A stretch of DNA of 64,000 nucleotides from the human T2T-CHM13v2.0 reference genome, Homo sapiens: NCBI RefSeq assembly GCF_009914755.1, contig NC_060931.1. One strand, given 5' to 3'. The notes under the pieces are model-generated. The model was not told where the DNA came from, ran no database searches, and saw only the letters and a program-made list of their open reading frames with translations. Both the position numbers and the translations under genes were made by a program. This document shows positions 26,861-41,900 of the stretch, one piece after another (position 1 is the first letter of the stretch; each line of letters opens with the position of its first letter).

Positions 26861-26869
26861 TACAAAACA

Positions 26870-27320
26870 TAGGTGCTCAAAAAATAAACATGTGCATGAA
26901 TATTTACAGCAGTAATATTCATACAGTCAAAAAGTGTAAACAATCCATATGCTTGTTGACTCATAAATGGACACCCAATTTTCAGCTATAACAAAGAATG
27001 AAGTACTTATACATGGTATAAAGTGGGTGAAATTTGAAAGCATTATGTTTAGTGCACAAAAGGACAAATATTACTTGATTTTATTCACATGAAACTTCAG
27101 GAATTGGCAAATCAATTGGGATATAAATCAGATTAGTGGTCATTAGGGCTCAGGGAAGCAGAATAGGGTATAACAACTTTATGGATAATGGGTTTTTAGA
27201 AGGGACATGATGAAATTGTCCTGGAACACTGTGAATATACTAAAAGCAAGTGCATTGTATGCTTTAAAATGGTTAAGTTATTAATTTTATATTATGTGAT
27301 TTTTACCTTAAAAAACAAAA
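26870..27320 (+). mobile_element. L1MB/ME 3'UTR fragment
   Basis: atcagattagtggtcattaggg...gtgaatatactaaaagc...gctttaaaatggtt...ttatgtgatttttacct followed by an A-rich tail. Confidence 0.75.
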
Positions 27321-28164
27321 AAGAGAAAATAGCCTTACTCTATATACAATAAACTCAAGATGTGTTACAAATTTATATGTGAAATCCAAAATACTATAAT
27401 ATTTAAGGAATAGCTGAGTAGAATAACATTAAAATTTAACATAATGAAATATTTCCTTAAAAAAGAAAAAAGCACAGTAATTAAAAAGGGAAATATAGTT
27501 AATATTTTTTCTCTCCATTAAGCATACCATTAACTGATTAAAAAATCAAGCTACAATATGTAAACTACATTTTCTAAAACCATAAAGAAAATAAGAAATG
27601 AAAAAGGATTTGGGAAAAAAATCCAAGGGTACAGTCAACTACACAAAAAAAGCTTAGTCTCATTACTCATTATGAAAATGCAAATTGTAACTGAAATAAG
27701 ATAAAAGTACAATTCAAAGAGAAAGCCTAAAATTTCAACCCCCCAAAATTTCTGGGTTTTGGAGAGCTGGGATGGAATAGGGGTCCTAACCTTACAACAA
27801 TGAAAGAACCAAACTAACTTCAAAGTCATGACTTTACTTTATGGCAACCAGGTTGCCAAGAACTGAGTCAAAATGTGAGGGAAAACAAGCACCAGCAAGG
27901 AGAAGGAGGACAGATGCACTTACATAGGACAGATGCAAATAGACATCACTATGACAAGTAAAGCTGGAATAATCAATAAATTCCTAAAGACAAAGTGGGG
28001 CTGGTGAGATTGGGAGACCGCTGACAGCTGCAGAAGTTGGGAAAGATCCATCATCTTGAAAACTTTTTCCCCACAAACCCACTGTGATCTCTCAAGCAAT
28101 TGGTAAGGAATCCAAGAGAGTCTGTATATGATACAGATCAGGGAGAGCAGAACACTTGGGAGGC

Positions 28165-28435
28165 AACCAAGTCTTGGGGGCTGAGCCCTTAGGAATGGGA
28201 TTAGTGCCTTTATAAAAGAAGCTCAATGGAGTTCTTTTGTGCCTTCCACTATGTGAGGACATTGAATGAAGACACCATCTATGAACCATGAAATGGGCTC
28301 TCATCAACACTGAATTTGTGAGCATCTTGACCTGAGATCTTACAGCCTCAAGAAGTGTGAAAAAAGAAATATCTGTTGTTTTTTAGTCACCCAGTTCATG
28401 TTATTTTGTTATAAGAGTCCAAATAGACCAAGATA
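28165..28435 (+). mobile_element. MLT1A-like MaLR LTR (3' part)
   Basis: aatgggattagtgcctttataaaaga...ccactatgtgaggaca...cacccagttcatgttattttgttata...gaccaagata. Confidence 0.85.
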
Positions 28436-28659
28436 TTCCACTTAATATGTAGGGGAAGGCAACAAAAACTGCCACACTTAGAATACTCCTGATGCTGGGA
28501 GTATGAAAACAGGAAAAACAAAACAAAACTGCTCTTGAAGGTGAAGGAGGAATATCACTGATCTCACCAAAACAGCCAGGAAAAGAACAGAAGTGTGAGA
28601 AGGCTACATGCCTGAGACCCTGAGAAAAAGTACCTGCATAAGTCTGAGATGAAATTACC

Positions 28660-29345
28660 TACCCTAGTTATAATTGAAATCCCAAAAAGAAAAGAGGAAA
28701 AAATAATAGAGCAAAAGAAATATTTTTCAAAATAACTGCCAAAAATATTCTAAAAGAAGTGACAGAAAATCAAACTTCAGATATAGGAAACTCAGAGAAC
28801 GTCAAATAGAACAAAAATAAATAAGAATTACATCTTGAAAAATCTTTAAAAAATCAACTCTAAATTTTATATCTTGCTCCAAATACATAGAGATATAAAT
28901 AGGTTATCATCAAGATATGGAGAAAGCCATATCATGGAAACACTAAAATAAAGCTGTGGAAGGACTACATTGATATTAGACACAACAGAGTTCAGAACAA
29001 GAAATAGTATCAGAGATGAGAGATAATAGATAATATAATAATCAATTCTCAAGAAGATGTAAACATCCTATTAATTAGGGTATGCAGCTAACAACAGAAC
29101 CTCCAAATACATGAGGTAAAACAGGAAAGAAATCAAAGGTGAACTAGAAAAATCCAAAATTATATTTGCAGACTTCAACACTTTTGTCTTAGGAATGGAC
29201 AGACTAGACACAAACTCAGTAATCATCTGGAAGACAAGAACAACAATATCACCAACAAGACATCCAATCTTCAGTGGCAGATACTCTTTCCTTTCAAGTG
29301 AAAAAAAAAACAGTATGGCATATTCTCTAACAAAACCCAGAATTT
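28660..29345 (+). mobile_element. L1M ORF1-end / ORF2 endonuclease relic
   Basis: tcaattctcaagaagatg...tatgcagctaacaacagaacctccaaatacatgagg...gacttcaacac. Confidence 0.7.
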
Positions 29346-29357
29346 ATAATATTTGCG

Positions 29358-29794
29358 GTCTTCCTTCCTTCTTTCCATCTTCCGTTCTCTTCTCTTCCCT
29401 TCCCTTGCCTTCTTCCTTCCTTTCTTCTTTTCCTCTTTCTTTTCTTTTTTCTTTTCCTTTCTTTTCTTTCTTTTTTCTCCTTCCTCCCCTCTTTCCTTCC
29501 TCTCTTTCCTCTTATTCTTCCTCCCCTCCTCCCTCCCTTCCTTTCTCCCCCTTCGTTTCTTCCTTCCTTTCTTTTATTCTTTCTTTCTCACTTTCTTGCT
29601 TTTTTTCCTTTTAACTCCCTTCCACCCTCCCTCCTTTTCTTCCTTCCTCCCTCCCTTCGTTTCCTCGTTTTTCCTTCCTTCCTTCCTTCCCACTCTTCAT
29701 TTTCTTTGTTTCTTTGCCTTCCTCCCTTTTACCATTCTCTCTTCCTCCTTTCCTTCCTCCCTTATTCCTACCTTTCTTTCTTTCTTTCTCACTT

Positions 29795-29859
<65 letters not shown>

Positions 29860-29897
29860 TGTTCTTGCTTTATTTTTTCTCCCTTCCTGCCTTTCTC
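29358..29897 (+). repeat. Polypyrimidine low-complexity tract including (CTTT)n and CCTT repeats
   Basis: ~540 bp of almost pure C/T; perfect (tttc)n at about 29803-29857. Confidence 0.95.
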
Positions 29898-29902
29898 TGT
29901 GA

Positions 29903-32900
29903 ATTTCAACTCTGTGAGATGAATGCACACATCACAAAGAACTTTTTCAGAATGCTTCAATCTATTTTCTACGTGAAGATATTTCCATTTCCACCATAGG
30001 CCTCAAAGCGCTCCAAATGTCCAATTGCAGAATCTACAAAAAAAAGATTTCAAACTGCTCAATCAAAAGAAAGGGTTAACTCTGTGAGATGAATGCACAC
30101 ATCACAAAGAAGTTTCTCAGACTGCTTCTGTCTAGATTTTATATGAAGATATTTCCCTTTCTACCATAGGCCGCAAAGCTCTCCTAATCTCCACTTGCAG
30201 ATTATACAAAAAGAATGTTTCGAAACTGCTCAATCAAAAGAAAGGTTCAATTCTGTGAGATCAACGCACACATCACGAAGAAGTTTCTCAGAATTCTTCT
30301 GTCTAGTTTTTAAGTGAAGATATTACCTTTTCCACCATAGGCCTCAAAGCGCTCCAAATGTCCACTTGCAGATGCTACTAAAAGAGAGTTTCAAGACTGC
30401 TCTATCAAAAGAAAGTTTTAACTCCGTGAGATGAATGCACACATCACAAAGAAGTTTCTCAGATTGCTTCTGTCTAGATACTATGTGAAGATATTTCTTT
30501 TCTACCATAGGCCACAAAGTGCTTCAAATGTCCACTTGCAGATTCTACAAAAAGAGTGTTTCCAAACTGCTCAATCAAGAGAAAGGTTCAACTCTGTGAG
30601 ATAAACGCACACATCACAAAGAAGTTTCTCAGAATTATTCTGTCTAGTTTATCTGTGAAGATAATACCTTTTCCTCCATAGGCCTCAAAGCGTTGTAAAT
30701 GTCCACTTGCAGATTCTACAAAAAGAGTGTTTCCAAACTGCTCAATCAAAAGAAAGGTTCATCTCTGTGAGATGAACACATGCATCACAAAGAAGTTTCG
30801 CAGAATTCTTCTGTCTAGTTTTTATGTGAAGATATTTCCTTTTCCTCCCTAGGCCTCAAAGCGCACCAAATGTCCACTTACACATTCTACAAAAAGAGAG
30901 TTTCAAAACTGCTCAATCAAAAGAAAGGTTTAACTCTGTGAGATGAATGCACACATCACAAAGCTGTTTCTCAGATTGCTTCTTTCTAGATTATATGTGA
31001 AGATATTTCCTTTTCTACCATAGGCCGCAAAGCTCTCAAAATGTCCACTTGCAGATTCTACAAAAAGAGTGTTACCAAATTGATCTACCAAAAGAAAAGT
31101 TCAACTGTGTGAGATGAATGCACGCATCACAAATAAGTTTCTCAGAATTCTTCTGTCTAGTTTTTATGTGAAGATATTTCATTTACCACCGTAGGCCCCA
31201 AAGCGCTCCAAATGTCCACTTGCAGATTCTACAAAAAGAGTGTTTCCAAACTGCTCCATCAAAAGAAAGGTTCAAATCTGTGACATGAATGCACACATAA
31301 CATAGAAGTTTCTCAGATTGCTTCTGTCTGGATTTTATGTAAAGATATTTCCTTTTCTACCATAGGCTGCAAAGCGCTCCAAATGGCCACTTGCAGATCC
31401 TACAAAAAGAGAGTTTCAAAACTGCTGAATCAAAAGAAAGGTTTAACTCTGTGAGATGAATGCACACGTCACAAAGTAGTTTCTTAGATTGCTTCATGTC
31501 TAGATTTTATGTGAAGACATTTCCTCTTCTAACATAGGCCTCAAAGTGCTCCAAATGTCCACATTCAGATTCTACAAAAAGAGGGTTTTCAAAGTTCTCA
31601 ATCAAAAGAAAGGTTCAACTCTGTGAGATGATCACACACATCACTAAGAAGTTTCTCAGAATTCTTCTGTCTGGTTTTTATGGGAAGATATTTGCTTTTT
31701 CACCATAGGGCTCAAAGCGCTCCAAATGCCCACTTGCAGATTCCACAAAAAGAGAGTTTCAAAACTGCTCAATCAAAAGAAATCTTTACCTCTTTGAGGT
31801 GAATGCACACATCGCAAAGAAGTTTCTCAGATTGCTTCTCTCTTGATTTTTTGTGAAGCTATTTCCTTTTCTGCCTTAGGCCGCAAAGCGCTCCAAATGT
31901 CCACTTGCATGTTCTACAAAAAGAGTGTTTCCAAACTGCTCAACCTAAAGAAAGGTTCAACTCAGTGAGATGATTGCACACATCACGAGGAAGTTTTTCA
32001 AATTTCTTCTGTCTAGTTTGTATGTGAAGATATTTCCTTTTCCACCATAGGTCTCAAAGTGCTGCAAATGTCCACTTGTAGATTCTACAAAAAGAGTTTC
32101 AAAACTGCTCTATTAAAAGAAAGGTTTAACTCTGTAAGATGAATGCACACATCACAATGAAGTTTCTCAGATTGCTTCTGTCAATATTTTATGTGAAGAT
32201 ATTTCCTTTTCTACCATAGGCCGCAAAGTGCTCCAAATGTCCAGTTGCAGATTCTACAAAAATAGTGCTTCCAAATTGCTCAGTCAAAAGAAAATTTCAA
32301 CTCTGTGAGTTGAATGCACACAACACAAAGAAGTTTGTCAGAATTCTTTTATCCAGTTTTTATGTGAAGATATTTCCTTTTTCACCAGAGGCCTCAATGC
32401 ACTCGTAATGTCCACTTGCAGGTTCTACAAAAAGAGTATTTCAAAACTGGTCCATAAAATGAAAGGTGCACCTCAGGGAGATGAATGCACACATCACAGA
32501 GAAGTTCCTCAGAATGCTTCTATCTAGTTTTTATGTGAAGGTATTTCCTTTTCCACCATAGGCATCAAAGTGCTCCAAATCTCCACTTGCAGATTCTACA
32601 AAAAGAGAGTTTCAAAACTACTCAATCAAAAGAAAGTTTAAACTCTGTGAGATGAATGTGCACATCACAAAGAAGTTTCTCAGATTGCTTCTGTCTAGAT
32701 TTTATGTGAAGATATTTCCTTTTCTGCCATAGGCCGCAAAGTGCTCCAAATGTCCCCTTCCAGATTCTACAAACAGAATGATTCCAAACTGCTCAATCAA
32801 AAGAAATGTTCAACTCTGTGAGATGAATGCACACATCAAAAATAAATTTCTCAGAATTCATCTGTCTCATTTTTATGTGAAGATATTTCCTTTTCCACCA

Positions 32901-35900
32901 TAGGCCTCAAAGCGCTCCAAATGTCCAGTTGCAGATTCTACAAAAAGAGCGTTTCAAAACTCCTCAATTAAAAGAAAGGTTTAACTCTGTTAGATGAATG
33001 CACACATCACAAAGGAGTTTCTCAGATTTCTTCTGTCTAGATTTTATGTGAAGATTTTACGTTTTCTACCATAGGCCACACAGCGCTCCAAATGTCCACT
33101 TGCAGATTCTACAAAAAGAGTGTTTCCAAACTGCTCAATCAAAAGAAAGCTTCAACTCTGTGAGATGAACACACACATCACTAAGAAGTTTCTCAGAATT
33201 CTTCTGTGTAGTTTTTATGTGAAGATATATCCTTTTCCACCTTAGGCTTCAAAGCGCCCCAAATGTCCACTTGCAGATTCTACAAAAAGAGAGTTCAAAA
33301 CTGCTTAATCAAAGGAAAGTTTTACCTCTGTGAGATGAATGAACCCATCACAAAAAGGTTTCTCAGAATGCTTTTTTGTAGTTTTTTTGTGAAGATATTT
33401 CTTTTTCCACCATAGGCCTCAAAGCACTAAAATTGTCCACTTGCAGATTCTACAGAAGGAAAGTTTCAACACTGTTCAATCAAAGGAAAGTTTTAACTCT
33501 GTGAGATGAATGCACACATCACAAAGAGGTTTCTCAGATTGCTTCTTTCTAGATTTTATGTGAAGTTATTTCCTTTTCTACATAGGCCGCAAAGCTCTCC
33601 AAATATCCAATTGCAGATTCTATGAACAGAGTGTTTCCAAACTGTTCAATCAAAAGAAAGGTTCAACTCTGTGAAATGAGCGCACATATCACGAAGAAGT
33701 TTCTCCTAATTCTTCTGTTTAGTTTTTATGTGAAGATATTTCCTTTTCCACCATAGTCCTCTAGGCGCTTGAAATGTCCACTTGCAGATTCTATGAAAAT
33801 AGTATTTCAAAACTGGACCTTCAAAAGAAAATTTCAACTCTGGGAGATGAATGCACACATCACAAAGTAGTTTCTCAGAATGCTTCTATCTACTTTTTTT
33901 TTGAAGATATTTCCTTTTCTACCATAGGCTCAAAGCACTAAAAATCTCCAATTGCAGATTCCACAAAAAGAGAGTTTCAAAACTGGTGAATGAAAGGAAT
34001 GGTTTAACTCTGTGAGGTGAATGCATACATAACAAAGAAGTTTCTCAGATTGCTTCTGTCTAGATTTTATGTGAAGATATTTCCTTACTACCATAGGCTG
34101 CAAAGCGCTCCAAATGTCCACTTGCATATCCTAAAAAAAGTGTTTCCAAGCTGTTCAATCAAAAGAACGGTGCAACTCTGTGAGATGAATGCACACATCA
34201 CAAAGAAATTTATCAGAATTTTTCTGTCTAGTTTTTATGTGAAGATATTTCCTTTTCCACCATAGGCCTCAAAGCGCTCCAAATGTCCACTTGCAGACTG
34301 TACAAAAAGAGAGTTTCAAAACCGCTCAATCAAAAGAAAATTTTATCTCTGTGAGATAAATGGACACATCACAAAGAAGCTTCTCAGATTTCTTCTGTCT
34401 AGATTTTATGTGAAGATATTTCCTTTTCTACTATAGGCTGCAAAGCTCTCCAAATATCCACTTGCCGATTCTAAAAAAAGAGTGTTTCAAAACAGTTCAA
34501 TCAAAAGAAAATTTCATCTCCATGAGATAAATGCACATATCACAAAGAAGTTTCTCAGAATTCTTCTGTCTAGTTTTTATGTGAAGATATTTCATTTTCC
34601 ACCATAGGCCTCAAGACGCTTGAAATGTCTGCTTGCAGATTCTACAAAAAGAGGATTTCAAGACTCGTCCATCAAAAGAAAGTTCAACTCTGGGAGATGA
34701 ATGTACACATCATAAAGAAGTTTCTCAGGTTGCTTTTATCTAGTTTTTATGGGAAGATACTTCCTTTTCCACCATGGGCCTCAATGCGCTCCAAATGTCC
34801 ACTTGCAGATTCTACAAAAAGAGTGTTTCCCAACTGCTCAAGCAAAAGAAAGTTTCAACTCTGTGAGATGAAGGCACATATCACAAAGATGTTTCTCAGA
34901 ATTCTTCTGTATAGTTTTTAGTTGAAAATATTTCCTTTTCCACCATTGGCCTGAAAGCGCTCCAAATGTCCACTTGTGGATTCTACAAAAGCAGAGTTTC
35001 AGAACAGCTCGATCAAAGAAAATCTTTAACTTCTGAGATGAATGCACACATCGCAAAGAAGTTTTTCAGATAGCTTCTGTCAAGATATTATGTGAAGATA
35101 TTTCCTTTTCTACCACAGGCCGCAAAGTGCTCCAAATGACCACTTCCAGATTCTACAAAAAGAGGGTTTCAAAACTGCTCAATCAAAGGAAAGGTTTAAC
35201 TCTGTGAGATGAATGCACACATCACACAGAAGTTTCTCAGATTGCTACTGTCTAGATTTTATGTGAAGATATTTCCTTTTCTACCATAGGCCACTAAGCG
35301 CTCCAAATGTCCTCTTGCAGATTCTACAAAAAGAGTGTTTCCAAAATGCTCAATCCGAAGAAAGATTCTACTCTGTGAAATGAATGCACTCATCACGAAG
35401 TAGTTTGTCAGAATTCTTCTGTCTAGTTTTTATGTGAAGATATTTCCTTTTCCACCGTAGCCCTCAAAGCGCTCCAAATGTCAACTTGCAGATTCTACAA
35501 AAATAGTTTCAAAATTGCTCAATCAAAAGAAACATTCAACTCTGTGAGATGAACGCACACATCACAAAGTAGTTTCTCAGAATTCTTCTGTCTTGTTTTT
35601 ATGTGAAGATATTTCCTTTTCCACCATAGGCTGTGAAGTGCTCCCAATGTCCACTTACAGATTCTACAAAAAGAGAGTTTCAAAACTGCTCAGTCAAAAG
35701 AAAGCTTTAACTCTGTGAGATGAATGCACACATCACAAAGAAGTTTCTGAGATTGCTTCTGTCTAGATTTTATGTGAAGATATTTTCTTTTCTACCATAG
35801 GCCCCAAAGTGCTCCAAATGTCCACTTACAGATTTAAGAAAAGGATTGTTTCCAAACTGCTCGATCAAAATAAAGCTTCCACTCTGTGAGATGGATGCAG

Positions 35901-38900
35901 GCATCACTAAGAAGTTTCACAGAATTCTTCTGTCTAAGTTTTATGTGAAGATATTCCCTTTTCCACCATAGGCCTCAAAGAGCTCCATATGTCCTCTTTC
36001 AGATTGTACAAAAAGAGACTTTCAAAACTACTCAATCAAAAGAAAGGTTTAACTTTGTGAGATGAACGCACACATCACAAAGAAGTTTCTCAGATTGCTT
36101 TTGTGTAGATTTTTTGTGAAGATATTTCCTTTACTACCATAGGCTGCAAAGTGCTCCAAAATGTCCACTTGAAGATTATACAAAAAGAGTGTTTCCAAAC
36201 TGCTCATTCAAAAGAAAGGTTCAACTCTGTGAGAGGAACGCACACATCACAAAGAAGTTTCTCAGAATTCTTTGGTCTAGTTTTTATGTAAAGATATTTC
36301 CTTTTCCACCATAGTCCTCAAAGCACTCCGAATGTCCACTTGCAGATTCTACAAAAAGAGAGTTTCAAAACTGCCCAATCAAAAGAAAGGCTTAACTCTG
36401 TGAGATGAACGCACACATTACAAAGAAGTTTCTCAGATTGCTTCTGTCTAGATTATATGTGTAGATATTTCCTTTTCTAAAATAGGCTGCAAAGCGCTGC
36501 AAATGTCCACTTGCATATTCTACAAAAAGAGTGTTTCCAAACTGCACAATCAAAAGGAAGATTCAACTCTGAGAGTTGAATGCACACATCACAAGGTAGT
36601 TTCTCAGTATTCTTCTGTCTAGTTTTTATGTGAAGATATTTCCTTTTCCACCACAGGCCTCAAAGCACTCCAAATGTCCACTTGCAGATCCTACCTGAAG
36701 AGAGTTTCAATACTGCTCAATCAAAAGAAAGGTTTACCTCCGTGAGGTGAATGCACACATCTCAAAGAAGATTCTCAGATTTCTTCTGACTAGATTTTAT
36801 GTGAAGATATATCCTTTTCTTCCATAGGCCGAAAAGTGCTCCAAATGTCCACTTGCCGTTTCTAAAAAAAGAATGTTTCCAACATGCCCAATGTAAAGAA
36901 AGTTTCAACTCTGTGAGATGAATGCACACATCAGAAAGATCTTTCTCAGAATTCTTCTGTCTATTTTTTATGTGAAGATATTTCCTTTTCCACCATTGGC
37001 CTCAAAGCACTCCAACTGTGCACTTGCATATTCTACAAAAACAGTTTCAAAACTGCTCAATCAAAGAAAGTTTTAAGTCTGTGGGATGAATGCACACATC
37101 ACAAAGAAGTTTCTCAGTTTAATTCTGTCTAGATTTATTGAGAAGATATTTCTTTTTCTACCATAGGCCACAAAGCGCTCCAAATGTCCACTTGCAGATT
37201 CCAGAAAAAGTGTGTTTCCAAACTACTCCATCAAAAGAAAGTTTCAACTGTGTGAGATGAATGCAACCATCACAATGAAGTTTCCCAGAATTCTTCTGTT
37301 TAGTTTTTATGTGAAGATATTCCCTTTTCCACCTTAGGCCTCAAAGCACTCCAAAGGTCCACTTGCAGATTCTACAAAAAGAGAGTTTCAAAACAGCTCA
37401 ATCAAGAGAAAGTTTAATTCTATGAGATGAATGCACACATCCCAAAGAAGTTTCTCAGATTGATTCTGTCTAGATTTTTTGTGAAGATATATCCTTTTCT
37501 ACCATAGGCCTCAAAGTGCTCCAAATGTCCACTTACATATTCTACAAAAAGAGTGTTTCCAAGCTGCTAAATCAAAGGAAAGGTTCAACTCTGTGAGATG
37601 AACGCACACATAACAAAGAAACTTCTGAGAATATTTCTGTCTAGTTTTTATGTGAAGATATTTCATTTTCCACTATAGGCCTCAAGGCACTTGAAATGTC
37701 CAGTTGGAGATACTACATAAAGAGCATTTCAAAACTGGTCCATCAAAAGAAACGTTCAACTCTGGGAGATGAATGCACACATCACAAGAAGTTTCTCAGA
37801 ATTCTCTGTCTAGTTTTTATGTGAAGATATTACCTTTTGCACCACAGGCCTCAAAGCACTCCAAACGTCCACTTGCAGACTCCACAAAAAGAGAGTTTAA
37901 AAACTGCTCAGTCAAAGGATAGGTTTAACTATATGAGATGAATGCACACATCACAAAGAAGATTCTCAGATTGCTTCTGTCTAGATTTCATGTGAAGATA
38001 TTTCCTTTTCAACCATAGGTTGCAAAGTGCTCTAAATGTCCACTTGTAGATTCTACAAAAAAACTATTTCCAAACTGCTCAATCAAAATAAAGGTTCAAT
38101 TCTGTAAGATGAACGTACACATCACAAAGAAGTTTCTCAGAATTCTTCTGTCTAGATTTCATGTGAAGATATTTCCTTTTCCACCAGAGGCCTCAAAGTG
38201 CTCCAAATGTCCACTTGCAGATTCTACAAAAAGAGTGTTTCCAAACTGCTCAATCAAAAGAAAGGTTCAACTCTGTGAGATGAACGCACACATCACAAAG
38301 AAGTTTCTCAGAATTATTTGGTCTAGTTTTTATCTGAAGATATTTCATTTTCCACCATAGTCCTCAAAGCGCTCCAAATGTCCACTTGCAGTTTCTACAA
38401 AAAGAGAGTTTCAAAACTGCTCAATCAATAGAAAGGCTTAATTCTGTGAGATGAATGCACACATTACAAAAAGGTTTCTCAGATTGCTTCTGTCTAGATT
38501 TTATGTGAAGATATTTCCTTTTCTACCATAGGCCGCAAAGCGCTCCAAATGTCCACGTGCACATTCTACAAAAAGAGTGTTTCCAAACTGCACAATCAAA
38601 AGAAAGGTTGAACTCTGAGAGATGAATGCACACATCACAAAGAAGTTTCTCAGAATTCTTCTGTCTAATTTTTATGTGAAGATATTGCCTTTTCCACCAT
38701 TGGCTTCAAAGTGCTCCAAATGTCCACTTGCAGATCTTACCTGAAGATAGATTCAATACTGCTCAATCAAAAGAAAGGTTTAACTCCTTGAGATGAATGC
38801 ACACATCACAAAGAAGTTTATCAGAATTCTTCTGTCTAGTTTTTATGTGAAGATATTTCCTTTTCTACCATAGGCCGCAAAGCGCTCCACATGTCCACGT

Positions 38901-41900
38901 GCATATTCTTCAAAAAGAGTGTTTCCAAACTGCTCAATCAAAAGAAAGGTTCAACTTGTGAGATAAACGCGGATATCACAAAGAAGTTTCCTGGAATTCT
39001 TCTGTCTAGTTTTTATGTGAAGATATTTTCTTTTCTACCATAGGCCTCAAAGCCCTCCAAATGTCCACTTGCAGATTCTACAAAAAGAGAGTTTCAAAAC
39101 TGTTCAATCAAAAGAAAGGTTTAACTCTGTGAGTTGAATGCACACTTCACAGAGGAGTTTCTTAGATTGCTTCTGTCTAGACTTTATGTGGAGATAATTC
39201 TTTTTCTACCCTAGGCCACAAAGTGCTCCAAATATCCACTTGCAGATACTACAAAAAGAACGTTTCCAAACGGCTTAATGAAAAGAAAGGTTCAACTGTG
39301 TGAGATGAACACACACATCAGAAAGAAGTTTCTCAGAATTCTTCTGTGTAGTTTTTATGTGAAGATATTTCCTTTTCTACCATAGGCCTCAAGGCCCTCG
39401 AAATGCCCACTTGCAAATTCTACGAAAAAAGTATTTCAAAACAGGTCCTTCAAAAGAAAGGTTCAACTCTGTGAGATGAATGCACGCATCACAATGTAGT
39501 TTCTCAGATTGCTTCTGTCTTGATTTTATGTGAAGATATTTCCTTTTCTAACATAGGTCTGAAAGCACACAAAATGTCCACTTGCAGATTCTACAAAAAG
39601 AGCATTTCCAAACTGCTCTGTCAAAAGAAAGGTTGAACTCTCTGAGACGAAGGCACGCATCACAAAGAAGTTTAGCAGAATTCCTCTGTCTAGTTTTTAT
39701 GTGAAGATATTTCCTTTTCTACCATTGGCCCCAAAGCGCTCCAAATCTCCACTTGCAGATTCTACAAAAGAGTGTTTTCAAACTGCTCAATAAAAAGAAA
39801 GGTTCAACACTGTGAGATAAACGCACACATCACAAAGATCTTTCTCAGAATTCTTCTGTCTAGTTTTTACGTGATGATATTTCATTTTCCACCATAGGCC
39901 TCAAGATGCTCAAAATGCCCACTAGCAGATTCTCCAAAAAGGGTATTTAAAAACTGGTCCATCAAAAGAAAGTTTCAACTCTGTGAGATGAATGCACACA
40001 TCACAAAGAAGTTTCTCAGAATTCTTCTGTCTAGTTTTTATGTGAAGATATTTCCTTTTCCACCATAGGCCTCAAGGCGCTTGAAATGTCCATTTGCAGA
40101 TCCTACAAAAAGAGTATTTCAAAACTGGTTCTTCAAAAGAAAGCTTCAACGCTGGGAGATGAATGAAAACATACCAAAGAAGTTTCTCAGAATGATTCTG
40201 TCTAGATTCTATGTGAAGATATTTCCTTTTCTACCGTGGGGCGCTAACTGCTCCAAATGTCGGTTTGCAGATTCTAGATAAACACTGTTTCCAAATGGCA
40301 CAATCAAAAGAAAGGTTGAACTCTGTGAGATGAATGCACACATCACAAAGAAGTTTCTAAGAATTCTTCTGTCTAGTTTTTATGTGAACATATTTCCTTT
40401 TCCACTATAGGCTTCAAAGGGCTCCAAATGTCCACTTGCAGATTCCACAAAAAGAGAGTTTCAAAACTGCTCACTCAAAGGAAAGGTTTAACTCTGTGAG
40501 ATGAATGCACACATGACAAAGAGGTTTCTCGGATTGCTTCGGTCTAGATTTTATGTGAAGATAATTCATTTTCTACCATAGGTCTCAAAGCCCTCAGAAT
40601 GTCTACTTGCAGAGTCTACAAAAAGAGTGTTTCCAAACTGCTCAATGAAAAGAAAGGTTCTAAACTGTGGGATGAACGCACACATCACAAAGAAGTTTCT
40701 CAGAATTCTGCTCTCTAGTTTTTATTTGAAGATATTTCATTTTCCACCATAGGTCTCAAAGCACTCCAAGCATCCACTTTCAGAATCTACAAAGAGAGAG
40801 TTTCAAAACTGCTCAATGAAAACAAAGGTTTAACTCTGTGAGATGAATGCACACTGTACAAAGCAGTTTCTCAGATTGCTTCTGTCTAGATTTTATTTGA
40901 AGATTTTTTTTCCTACCATGACCACAACGCGCTCCAAATGTCCACATGCAGATTCTATAAAAAGAGTGTTTCCACACTGCTCAATCAAAAGAAAGGTTCA
41001 ACTGTGTGAGATGAACGCACATATCACAAAGAAGTTTCTCAGAATTATTCTATCTAGTTTTTATGTGAAGATATTTCCATTTCCAAAATAGGCCTCAAGG
41101 TGCTCGAAATGTCCACTTGCAGATTCTACAAAAAGAGTATTTCAAAACTGTCCTTCAGAACAACGGTTCAACTCTCAGAGATGAATGCACACATCACAAA
41201 GTAGTTTCTCAGAATTATTCTGTCTAGTTTTTATGTGAAGATGTTTCCTTTACCCCTTAGGCCTCAAGGCACTCCGAATGTCCAATTGCATATTCTATAA
41301 AAGGAGTTTCAAATCCGCTCAATCAAAAGAAACGTTTCATCTTTGAGATAAATGCATACATCTCAAAGATGTTTCTCAGATTGCTTATTTCTAGATTTTA
41401 TCTGAAGATATTTCCTTTTCTACCATAGGGCACAAAGCGCAGCAAATATCCACTTGTAGATACTACAAAAGGAGTGTTTCCAAACTGCTCAATGAAAAGA
41501 AAGGTTCAACTCTGTGTGATGAACGCGCATATCACAAAGAGGTTTTTCAGAATTCTTCTGTCTAGTTTTAATGTGAAGATATTTCCTTTTCCACCATGGG
41601 CATCAAAGCACTCCAAATGTCCACTTGCAGATTCTACAAAAAGAGTTTCAAAACTGCTCAATCAAAAGAAAGGTTTACCTCCGTGAGATGAATGCACACA
41701 TTACAAAGAAGTTTCTCAGATTGTTTCTGTCTAGATTTTATGTGAAGATATTTCCTTTTCCACCATAGACCACAAAGCGCTAAAAATGTCCACTTGCAGA
41801 TTGTACAAAAAGAGAGTTTCCAGACTGCTCAATCAAAAAAAATGTTGAACTCTGTGAGATGAAAGCATGCATCACAAAGAAGTTTCTCAGAATTCTTCTG

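Noticed and set aside
29195-29999. F/S/L-rich and K/E/R-rich ORFs
   Set aside because: Translations of the CT low-complexity tract.
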